A DNA stretch of 64,000 nt from NCBI GenBank assembly GCA_965287045.1, contig OZ336880.1:40982001-41046000 (forward strand), read 5' to 3'. Both the position numbers and the translations under genes were made by a program. Within the stretch, counting starts at the first letter, position 1, and the number at the start of each line of letters is the position of its first letter. Shown here one piece after another: positions 50,701-62,700 of this stretch. Under the pieces are notes generated by a model. The model did not search any database and was not told the DNA's origin. It saw nothing but the letters and a program-made list of their open reading frames with translations. Origin of the DNA: Carcharhinus amblyrhynchos (lineage: Eukaryota).

Positions 50701-53700
50701 ATATCTTTCGGTTTTCTCTCTGTTTTTAATAAAACACATCTTGTTTTAATAGAGCCTCCAGTGGTAGAGTTTGATGAAAGCGTAAGAGCAGGCGTCCTAA
50801 AACAAGCTGGAGAAGTACTCAGACTTCCTGCCACTGTAACAGGCCGACCAACTCCAGAAATTAAGTGGACCAAGGATGAAGAAAAAGTTGATGAAAATCA
50901 TGTTGTTATTGAAACAGTTGGTACCAGGACAGAGTTAATTATAAAAAATGCACAAAGAAGCGATTTTGGCAGATATGTGGTCAGTGGAACAAATAGTAGT
51001 GGCTCCAAATCTGCATGGGCTCGAGTGGACATCGTAGGTAAGTCACATGCTAAAGAAACAGACATAAAATAGATTGGAATTCTATGTAGATACCTTCATT
51101 AAATCTAAATGGTATCCCACCTTTTTCTTTCAGATGTGCCTGGCCCTATACTGGATCTAAAACCTGTTGTTGTTACAAGAAAGATGATGTTACTTAACTG
51201 GTCTGAACCTATTGATGATGGTGGTAGTGATATCATTGGCTATGTTATTGAGAAAAAGGATGCTAAAATGCACTCTTGGAGACAACCGATGGAGACAGAG
51301 AAATCCAAATGCGATATTGTTGGTCTTCTTGAAGGACAGGAATATATGTTCCGTATTTGTGCTAAAAATAAATATGGCTGTGGTCCTGCTTCTATACTTG
51401 GACCTATTGCTGCAGTTGATCCACTAAGTAAGATATAAGAAAAGTAGGAAAATTAAATAATTTTTGTTCATTAATGTCACATGTTTGAATTGAAAATGTA
51501 TTTTGATTATAGGTCCACCAACGTCTCCTGAGAAATTTACATACACAGACAGGACAAAGTCAACAGTCACACTTCAGTGGAAGCCTCCAAGAAATGATGG
51601 TGGCCGACCTGTTTTAGGGTACTACGTTGAAAAGAAAAGACATGACCAGCCTAAATTTGAGAGAGTTAACCAAATAGCTTGCCCTGATACAAATTTTGTG
51701 GTTGAAGATCTAGAGGATCTAAACATGTATGATTTCCGTGTCAGAGCTGTCAATGAAATTGGAGAAAGTGAACCATCAATTACTATTAATGTAATTGTGC
51801 AAGATGACGAAAGTACGTGCATTTAGTTGTTATGTCTTGTGCTATTGACCTTTTCATGTATGATTTTCTTCCAAATTTTAATACTTTTGTAACATTTTTG
51901 TTCATATTTGATTTGCTTAACAGTGCCGCCAATTGTGAGACTGCAACTGAAAGGTAAGAAAACCGTTATAACTGTGAAAGCTGGTGAACCAATTGACATT
52001 CCAGCTGAAGTGGAAGGCCTTCCTTTACCCAAAATTGAATGGAGTAAAGCAGAGACTGTAATAGAGAAACCAACTGACCGACAGAAGATAGAAACTAAAG
52101 TAGTATCAAGAACGAATGCGCTGACCAAGTTTAGTATTCCTGCCACTGATCGAAAGGATACAGCTACTTACACTATTACAGCCTCCAACCGCCTAGGAAC
52201 AGCATCCCAGTCTGTGGATGTTAATATTCTAGGTGAGAAAGCAAAGCAATTGCAACAAAGAACTTGAGAAAATATTATGAAGCTTGTATAATAAATTCCC
52301 CAAAATGTACTACTTTGTTTAAATATTGATTTACTTGGCACTTTTCTTAACTTTAGATAAACCTACACCACCAAGAAACCTTAAAGTTTCGGATATCAAA
52401 GCAGAATCCTGCCATCTGACCTGGGATGCCCCTGAGGACAATGGTGGTAGTGAAATAACTAACTACATTGTTGACAAGCGTGATGCAAGCAAGAAGAAAT
52501 CTGAATGGGAGGAGATCACAAACTATATTATTGAAAGACGATATGGGGTAATGTTTCTTTTTCATATTACTGCATTAAACCAACATTTTAATAAGCTTCT
52601 TAATTGAATTTGGTGAATTTTATATGTGTAACCAAAGCTTTCTTCTATTTAGGTATGGAAACTAACTACAGATGGAGAATATCAGTTCAGAGTTAGGGCG
52701 GAGAACAAATATGGAATTAGTGATGGTTGTATGTCTGATAAAGTGACAATAAAAGATCCATTTGGCCTCCCAGGACCACCAAGTAAACCAAAAGTGTCTG
52801 ATGTTACAAGAGCCTCGATGCTTGTATCTTGGGATCCTCCAATGGACAATGGTGGTTCTCCAATCACAGGTTACTACATTGAGAAGAGAGAGGTCGGTGG
52901 CGTGTATTGGTCACGCGTCAACAGAGCTCCTCTGACAAAACCAGCTGTAAAAGGCCTAAACTTCAATGTCCTTCATTTGATTGAAGATGTTGAGTATCAG
53001 TTTAGAGTCATGGCAATAAATGCTGCTGGAATTGGACCTCCAAGTGAACCTTCTGATCCTGTTTTGGCAAGTGATCCTAAAAGTAAGTTTCACTCTGAGA
53101 TATGTGTGTCTGTGTGTCTCAGTTAAAGAAGTAGCTGTTGATCAAAACTTTGGTTGAAACAAAACTATCCTAAAATAATCCATATACAGTAATAAATATG
53201 GTCATATTTTAATAAATTTAAACAAGATGAATCTGTAACATGGTAAGATATATTTGACATTTTGCTACACTGCTTAAAGCAAGCAAGTAGCACAAAGGCA
53301 TATTCAAACATACTAAAGAAAATAGATCAACCCAAGTATGATTTTGTTTTTCTTTGAAGATCCACCAAGTGCTCCATCCTGTCCTGAAGTCACTGACAAA
53401 ACCAAGGATACCATATCGCTTAAATGGAATAGCCCAGCTAAAGATGGTCATAGCCCAATTCAAGGTTACATTGTTGAGATGCAGGAGGAGGGTTCACCTG
53501 ATTGGACAAGAGCATCAGATCCTGATAAATTAGTTCCCAACTGTGAATATGTGGTGCCCAAACTAAAGGCTCTGAAGAAGTACAGGTTCCGTATTAAAGC
53601 TGTTAATGCTGCTGGGGAATCTGAACCAAGCTTACCAACTTCAGAAATAATTATGAAGGAAATTCTAGGTATGTACCTCTACATTTAGAATTTCAGAATA

Positions 53701-56700
53701 TCAGAATACATTTTGTAAGTTATGATTAACATATTTTTCTTCATGATTTACAGAGGAACCAGATGTTACATTGGAAGTCGGTGCACCAGATTTTCTCAAT
53801 TGCTATGCTGGTAAACCTTTGAGAATTCCAACTGTTGTCACTGGCCGTCCTACTCCAAAGATTACTTGGGAGTTTGAAGGATTAGCTAAGACAGTGATGA
53901 AGGTATGAAGTATCCTAATTATATTTAGATATGTATGTCTGTTCCAGGAAGAATTTTTTTCAAAAATTTACTTATTGGATGTGGGCATCGCTGGCTGGGC
54001 CAGCAGCTATTACTCATCCCTAATTGCCCTCTAAGCTATCCAAATTTAAAATGCCTTGGACATGTGGGGCTGATGATGATCGTACTTGGTGAATGTGCTC
54101 TAGAAGGTTACAATAGAGAATTGCATTTCAAAGCTCTGGTATGACGAAATAATAATTGGCTGGCATGGTGGCACAGTGGTTAGCACTGCTGCCTCACAGC
54201 ACCAAGGAGCCGGGTTCAATTCCAGCCTTGGGTGACTGTGTGGAGTTTGCATGTTTTCCCCAAATATGGGTTTCCTCTGGGTGCTCCAGTTTCCTCCCAC
54301 AGTCCAAAAATGTGCGGGTTAGGTTAATTAGTCATGCTCAATTGCCCTTTGGTGTCAGGGGGATTAGCTGGGTAAATACATGGGGTTATGGCCTGGGTGG
54401 AATTGTTGGTGCAGGATTGATATGGGCCAAAAGGCCTCTTTCTGCACTGTAAGGATTCTATGATTTTAGGAATATACTGCTACAATGGAAGAATTGTTTA
54501 ATTCTGTTCGGTGTTCCTTGATAACTGTTGTCTTTTTATTTGTGAGGCTGGTGAAGTTGATTTGATTTTTGCTCCATCTGGCTTGCACTTATAAGACTGC
54601 TATGAGTGGCATGAGAGGTTCTCGACCTACTGATGCTTCCCGTGGAAATGTTTTGTTCACAAACTCTGTACCAAAACATGAAGAATTGTGCCAATTCATA
54701 CAAAACCTTGGGTGACCAGTAAAGAATATCCTTAGGGTAGATTTCATCGGTACCACCAAGTTGTGAACCATCCCAGGTGCAGGAAGGCAAATATGTGTAA
54801 TGCAGTTTACCTTAATTTTTCTTCCAATTAAATTAAAGGAGAAAAATTAGACAGACTCCATCTATGAGCCTCCCAGCTCAGTTCTTCTCCCTGAAAGAAC
54901 ATCCTGATCTCCACATGTACCCCAAAGTTCATTGAGCAACATTTATCCATCTCAGTTATACAGTTGCAGACTGACCGGGTCTAAGTAGATACCTTTCTAA
55001 TGGCTGTTTTTGTCACTAATTACCACTAATATAGTATCAGATATTGGTTCACAGAAATGCAACAATACATTATGTTACATATATCAAATATTAGAATATG
55101 ATACTATCTTGCATACAACACTGCTCCCCATATTTTTGGTTCTGCTCACACTGTAAACTACTGCAAGAGCTATTCTAATTACTCCATATACTAATTTTGG
55201 AAGTCAAGTGGAAAGTTAACTAAAGGTTTTCAATGTAACAATTGAACATGTCAGATTTAAAGTTAATTGAAATGTACAAATTAGCATACATAATTCAAAT
55301 GAAAATTCCTAATTTTGAAAGATTTCAGGTATCAGAGGTGATTAAGTGCATTCACAATTGGCAGAAATTGAGGGATATTACTCCAGTTATTTAAGGTGAT
55401 ACCAGATGAAATGATTTCTATGATTGTTGGCCCGATTATACAGAGAATTATCTCCAACAAAGGACTCTGAAATGCAGATGTGCCTGATAGTTCACTTCTT
55501 CTTTTGGTGTTCATGTGCAATCATGTACAAAACAAAGGGGAAAATGTCAACAATTGTATTGCATTACGTTTGGGTGATGTGCCTGCGGTGAATATCTGGA
55601 AGTATATGGAAGCTATGAGGCGTGGGTATGGGGTTGGCTGTATTGGTCAGTGTGTGAGGGAGGATTTGGAGCATCTAAATGTTAGGTACGTGTCCCAATG
55701 GGTCAGTGAGAAGCCTGTGAAACATTGAGCAGCATGAGAAGTTGCTAGTACAATGGATAAGGATTTAATGTGAAGATGCATTTGCTGACCTTAACCACCT
55801 GCGTAAAATCATTGAACTTTTTGTGGCACTGAGCCGGGTTGTCAGACAGACTCTGGGAATTGACATCCATGGCCACATATTCAGAAGGTAGACCAAGAAG
55901 GCCTCCTAACCTCCAATAGAGACACCACTTTCTCCTGTCTACTTTCAACACCAACGCCTTCACCGTTTAACAACCCAGTAGTCTCTCTCTCTGGCCTGTT
56001 GTCCCATTTGCAATCTTCCTTCTTCCAAAGAAAGACTTTGGTGGGGATTTTAATGCAGCTTGCAAGAGCAGGGACCATGGCATGTGGGTGATTCAATTAA
56101 AGATTTCAAAGAGGCATTAAACTGTTATCTGAAAAGGATGAATGTGCAGGGTTACAGGAAAGACAGGAGAATGACATTCAGTGAATTGCTGATTTGGAGA
56201 GTTGGTGTAAACACCATGAGTGTACCATCTGGAGGAGGGAACTGAGTGTATGGTGTTGAAATTTGCTGATGACACCAAGATTGGTGGAAAGGCAAATTGC
56301 GCGGAGGGTGTGGAGAGTCTGCAGAAGGATCTAGATAGGCTGGGCGAATGGGCCAGGAACTGGCAAATGGAATTTAATGTTGGCAAGTGCAAGGTGGTCC
56401 ACTTTGGTAGGAATAATGGTAGGAAGGACTATTACTTATGTGGCGAAAAACTGCAGCATGCAACGGTGCAGAGGGACCTCGGGGTCCTTGTGCATGAGTC
56501 ACAAAAACCCAGCCTGCAGGTGCAGCAGGTGGTCAGGAAGGCTAATGGGATGCTGGCCTTCATAGCGAGGGGGATTGAATATAAAAGTAGGGAGGTCTTG
56601 CTGCAGCTGTATAGGGCATTGGTGAGGCCGCAGCTGGAGTACTGTGTGCAGTTTTGGTCGCTGCACTTACGCAAGGATATTTTGGCCTTGGAGGGAGTGC

Positions 56701-59700
56701 AGAGGAGGTTTACTAGACTGATACCGGAGCTGAGGGGGTTGAGCTATGAGGAGAGGCTGAATAAACTAGGCTTGTACTCGTTAGAGTTTAGAAGAATGAG
56801 GGGAGATCTCATTGAGACATATAAGATGATGAATGGGATGGATAGGATAGAGGTGGAGAGACTCTTCCCGCTCAGAAAGGACAGTAGGACTAGGGGGCAC
56901 AGCCTCAAGATAAAGCGGGGGGGGGGGGGGGGGGGGGGGTGGTTTAGAATGGAGTTGAGGAGGAACTTCTTCACTCAAAGGGTGGTGAATCTCTGGACTT
57001 CTCTGCCCGTTGAAGTGGTGGAGGCTGCCTCGCTCAATATTTTTAAGACACGGGTTGAAGGGTTTTTGATAAGCGAGGGGATTAAGGGTTATTGGGAGAG
57101 GGCGGGAATGCGTAACTGAGCCACGACAGATCAGCCATGATCTTATTGAATGGCGGGGCAGGCTCGAAGGGCTAGATGGCCTACTCCTGCTCCTATTTCT
57201 TATGTTCTTATGTAATGGTCTCCTTCCTCATTGTAACAATTCTGTGATTTGTAAGTTAGTTTTCATTTTTTAAATCCTCAATGTCTTCCACAAACAATGA
57301 TCCCTCCAAATTATCATCTCCAACTGGCAGCATTTGCGTTTTTGGCCAGATAAGTTATTTTCATGTATGAAGTTGATTTTAAGTTGAGTAAAAATGAATG
57401 GAACCAATATACAAGCCCAGGCTGAAATTGATGTGTGGACTCATCCAGTATGGCATCATGAACAAAATAGTTGGGGGGAAAGTTTAACTTGAACAAATAA
57501 AATATCAATGATCATAGTTTTTCCTAAATAAGGATTAGACAGATTTTGTAACATTTGATGTTTTACTGTTTTGTGTAGGAGGAAGGACATAATCTCCCAG
57601 CTGATGCCCAGGTAATAATATGGTTAATGATTATTTTAAAGTATCATTTTGGAATCTAAAAATGGAATTTGAATATTACATGCTGCTTAATTATTAATCT
57701 TCTTGTCTTTAATAGGTTGAAAGCATCAAAAATAAGTCAACTGTGATTATTCCAGAATGTAATAGAGGTCATTCTGGTCGATATAGTATTACTGTGAAAA
57801 ACAAAGCTGGACAAAAAACATTAAATGTCAGAGTAAATGTTCTTGGTATGTAATCATTTTATTTGATTGTATTTGATAAAGAATGAATTGTAGTAGTTTA
57901 ATGTGATTATTAAATGAATTATTTTTGGTTACAGATATGCCAGGACCACCAAAAGACCTCAAAGTAAGTGACATCACAAGGAGTTCCTGCAGACTCTCAT
58001 GGAAGCCCCCAGACAATGATGGTGGAGATAGAATTAAAAGTTATGTTGTGGAGAAAAAGACTGTAGAAGGAAAGGCTTGGGTAAAAGCGAACGCTGCCTG
58101 TGCAGGCACAACATTTGTTGTGCCTGATCTTATTGAAGGGCAAGAGTACTTCTTCCGCATCCGGGCAGAAAACCGATTTGGTGTTGGTCCGCCAGTAGAA
58201 ACCATTCAGAGGACCAAAGCTAGAGATCCAATTCGTAAGTTTATAGTTTTAAAAGCGTATACCTATCTAGTTCAGAGATCAGTATTATTTATTTCAGTGA
58301 AGATGCTTCTTGATCGCAACTTTTTTTGATGACTACTTTTATATTTCAGATGCTCCTGAGCCTCCAACAAAACTCCGAGTTGGTTTGGTTACTAAGAATT
58401 CTGTTTCACTTACTTGGAAGCCACCAAAGAAAGATGGCGGGGCTCCAGTATCACATTACATTATTGAAAGTCTTCTCGTGGATCCAACTGGCCAAAAGAA
58501 GGAAACTTGGAAGCAATGCAATAGACGTGATGTGGAAGAAACCAAATTTACCGTAGAAGATCTTATTGAGGGTGCACAATATGAATTCCGTGTGAAAGCT
58601 GTAAATGAAGCTGGTGTGAGTAAACCATGTAACTCTGTTGGACCCGTCACTGTGAAAGATCAAACATGTAAGTGTTGACACAATTATGGCATAACACAAT
58701 GTAACAATTGAACATATCAAATTTAAACCTAATTGAAATGTACTAAATTTTCGCATGCCCAGGTGCACCTGAAATTGAACTTCAAGAATTTTTGGAGGCA
58801 GAACAAAATACAGATATCAGCATTATAGCCAAAGTTAAGGGCACACCATTCCCAACTTTGACATGGTATAAAGCACCTGCTCATAAACCAGAGGAAAAAT
58901 CTAAAGTAGAATATGATCAACACGTCAACAAAATTGTGACTGAGGATGGGTGCACTTTACTAATTCACCAGTCCCTCCGAAAAGACACCGGTCTTTACAC
59001 CCTCACTGCGACAAACAATTTGGGAACCGCTTCTAAGGAAATGAGGCTCAATGTTCTTGGTAATTATTTTTATTAGCTATCTCATTAAATTCCTAATTTT
59101 GGCAATGCAATTATAATTGCAATCCTGTCACTTGCTATAGTGAGTGCAACGGAAAATATTTATATTTTGACTTGTTTTAATACTTAGGTCCCCCGGGTCC
59201 TCCAGTTGGTCCTATTAAGTTTGAAGAAATTAGTGCTGAACAGATGACTATATCATGGCTCCCTCCAAAAGATGATGGTGGTGCCAAGATCACTAACTAT
59301 GTTGTTGAAAAGAAAGAAGCGAGTAGGAGGACTTGGATTCAAGTTTCCAATGATGTTAAAGAGTGCATTTGCACAGTGCCCAAGTTGTTGGAAGGACATG
59401 AATATGTATTCCGCATCATGGCTCAGAATAAATATGGTGTTGGGGCACCTCTTGACAGTGAACCAGAGACAGCAAGGAATCTGTTTAGTAAGTATTGAAA
59501 TATACAATTCCTCCTGCTATTCCATAATTTGTTATTTCTGATCTTATGAATCCGTGCTGTCCAATTCTATATGATCTTACACCTGATATTTAAACGTTCT
59601 ACCTGTAATTTCAAAGTGACTGTCAGAATATAATTAGGTTACCTTCTTTTGTAGATTTAGAAAATACTAATGAAATATATATTTTGTTTTAAAGCTGTAC

Positions 59701-62700
59701 CTGGAGCTTGTGACAAACCAACTATCGGTAGTGTGACTCGTGATTCAATGGTTGTCAATTGGGAAGAGCCAGAATATGATGGTGGTTCTCCAGTAACTGG
59801 CTACTGGTTAGAGCGTAAAGAGACTACTGGAAAGAGATGGAATAGAGTAAATCGTGATCCAATTAGGATTATGCCACTTGGAGTATCCCATCAAGTAGCT
59901 GGTCTTATTGAAGGCTCATATTATCAATTCCGTGTGTTTGCCATCAATGCAGCAGGCATTGGACCCCCAAGCGTGCCTTCTGACCCAATGGTAGCAAGAG
60001 ATCCCATTGGTAGGTATACATTTTTGCTTGGAGTTTTCAAACTTTTATGTGTGAGAAACATCTGCGAACAACAACAAACCAGTATAACTATTTTCACATT
60101 CCTTGGGACCAAATATACTAACTTCTAACACTATTGACTACCCATAAGTAAAGCAATGTAATATTGCAAACAATATCTTTATTAGTATAAAGTAACAGAA
60201 GCAACAAACAGGTTATGTGCATTGAACCGAACAGGCACCAGAGTATGGCAACTAAGGGAATTTCACTGTAACTTCATTGCAGTGTTAATGTAAAGCCTAC
60301 TTGTGACTAATAAATAAACTTTAAAGTGAGTCAGCAAAGAAATCTAATTACTACATTCTATGAGGAACTACTCATTCTCAGTTTTAAAACTTGTGTTTTA
60401 TGATGCATCTAGATTAACAAGATGTTGGTGATAGCTTGTTCTGAATTTTCCTTTTTTCTTTCTAAACAGCGCCACCTGGTCCTCCATTCCCTAAGGTAAC
60501 AGACTGGACTAGGTCAACTGTAGATCTTGAATGGGCTCCACCAACAAAAGATGGTGGATCCAGGATTACTGGATATTTTGTTGAATTTAAGGAGGAAGGA
60601 AAAGAAGAATGGGAAAAGGTAAATTAATCAGTAATGGTTTGGTACATGTTAAGTATAGGACTGATTTTCTAGTTCCTGTCCTATGCCTTTACCAAGTTCA
60701 GGATAGACAGAGCAAAATTGAAGTGCAGTCTGCTGGGACTGTGCCCAAATATGCTGGGCCAAGTCATTAAATGGATCCCACTGCAGCTTCTTCCCTTGGC
60801 AGGGCCATACAGTGAGGGTGAAACAAAAGTGCAGATGAAGTCACTCAGACCTACAGTGGCACTCCTGCTCCATTAGCCCTCAAATTCCACTGGCTTTTGT
60901 TAAAGAACAGCTCCTGAAGGCCCCAGCAACCTAAAGGCCTGTCACCTTTCTTTTGGCCTGCCTTTGTCACATGCCTCTGTCAAACCCTCCCATATGAGAA
61001 GACCCAAACTCAAAATCCAGCTACCGCTGAATTTGGTTCCCCTTTTTCAAAGCAATGAGAGAAATTTGAGATTGTCATGTTTGAAATGTACTTCATTTCC
61101 AGAAGAACTGGCAATGTACATGCTAGTCCAAGTATTGTAGGCACAGGACTTACTTCACCTTCCAAGCAAAGCAGAAATTTTCAGGCAGTATGAAAAGGCC
61201 AGAAATCTGGTATCAGAGTTTTCTTGTTCCAATTTCTGTTGCTCAATCTTGGCTAATATTTTTGCCTTTTGTGCCGTTTATTCATAGGTAAAAGACAAAG
61301 AAATTAGAGGCACAAAGTTTGTTGTACCAGATCTGAAGGAAGGAGGACTGTACAGATTTAGAGTAAGGGCAGTGAACGCTGCTGGAGTTGGTGAACCAGG
61401 AGAGGCTTCTGATGTCATTGAAGTCAAGGATAGAACAGGTAAAAAAGTGAAGACTTTGGTTGCATTTCTTCTGTATGACTTAGACAAAGATATTAATTTA
61501 CATCATGTCTTTATTTACTCTAGTCGTTCCAGACATTAGCTTGGATGCCAGCATGAGAGACAGAATTGTAGTGCATGCCGGTGGTGTCATTCGCATGTTG
61601 GCATACGTATCAGGTAAACCACCTCCAGAGATCACATGGCAAAGAGATGATAAACCAATACCAGGAGAAGCTGAAATTGAAACCACAGCTATTAGTTCGG
61701 CTCTTGTCATTAAGAATTGTCAGAGAAAGCATCAAGGTGTGTACAATCTCATCGCAAAGAATGCAGGAGGTGAAAGAAGAAAGACAATTATTGTTGATGT
61801 TTTGGGTAAATATTCTTACTTTTTGATTTTACACTTAGTGCAGTCAACTTTTCTTAAGACCTTAAGTAAAATCAATTAATATTTTTTAATTGCAGATGTT
61901 CCTGGGCCAGTTGGTGAACCTTTCCGCTGTGAAAACCTGACAAATGATTCGTGCAAATTGACCTGGTTCCTTCCAGATGATGATGGTGGATCTACTGTCA
62001 CCAATTATATCATTGAAAAACGTGAAGCTGACCGACGAGGCTGGTCCCCTGTCTCATACACAGTCACAAGACAGAATGCTATTGTTCAGGATCTAATTCA
62101 AGGAAATAGTTATTTCTTCAGAATTGCAGCTGAAAATATCATAGGCATGGGCCCCTGGGTGCAGACAGCACAAGAAATTGTGGTTAAAGAACCAATGTGT
62201 AAGTAATGCTTCTAGTTGCATGTTTTTCTTCACATCTTTGCGTCTTAAAGAAATCAATTGTAACCACTGAATACATTAATTTTATTATATTCTTCCTAAC
62301 TTGCAGCTGTCCCTGAACGCCCTGAAGATCTTGAAGTGGCAGCAGTCACGAAGCAATCAGTTAGCTTGAAATGGAACCCTCCTAAATACGACGGAGGCTC
62401 AGACATTACAATGTATGTTCTTGAGGGCCGTCTTATTGGCAAAGAGAAGTTCATCAAGCTTACTAAAGAGAAGTTGTTAAATCGGGTTTACAACCATAGT
62501 GGATTAAAGGAAGGTGACACTTACGAGTACCGTGTCAGTGCAGTGAATGAAGTTGGACAGGGCAAACCATCATTCTGCACAAAACCAATCACCTGCAAGG
62601 ATCAACTTGGTAAGACTTCTTTCAAAAATGTTTTAGGAAATATCGCTTTTCTTCTGGAAAGGCAATAATTGTATTATTATCTTTAGAACCACCGACACTT

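Noticed and set aside
54158-54230. tRNA gene
   Set aside because: The A/B boxes belong to a SINE head that continues into the SINE core and tail; several diverged copies are present.
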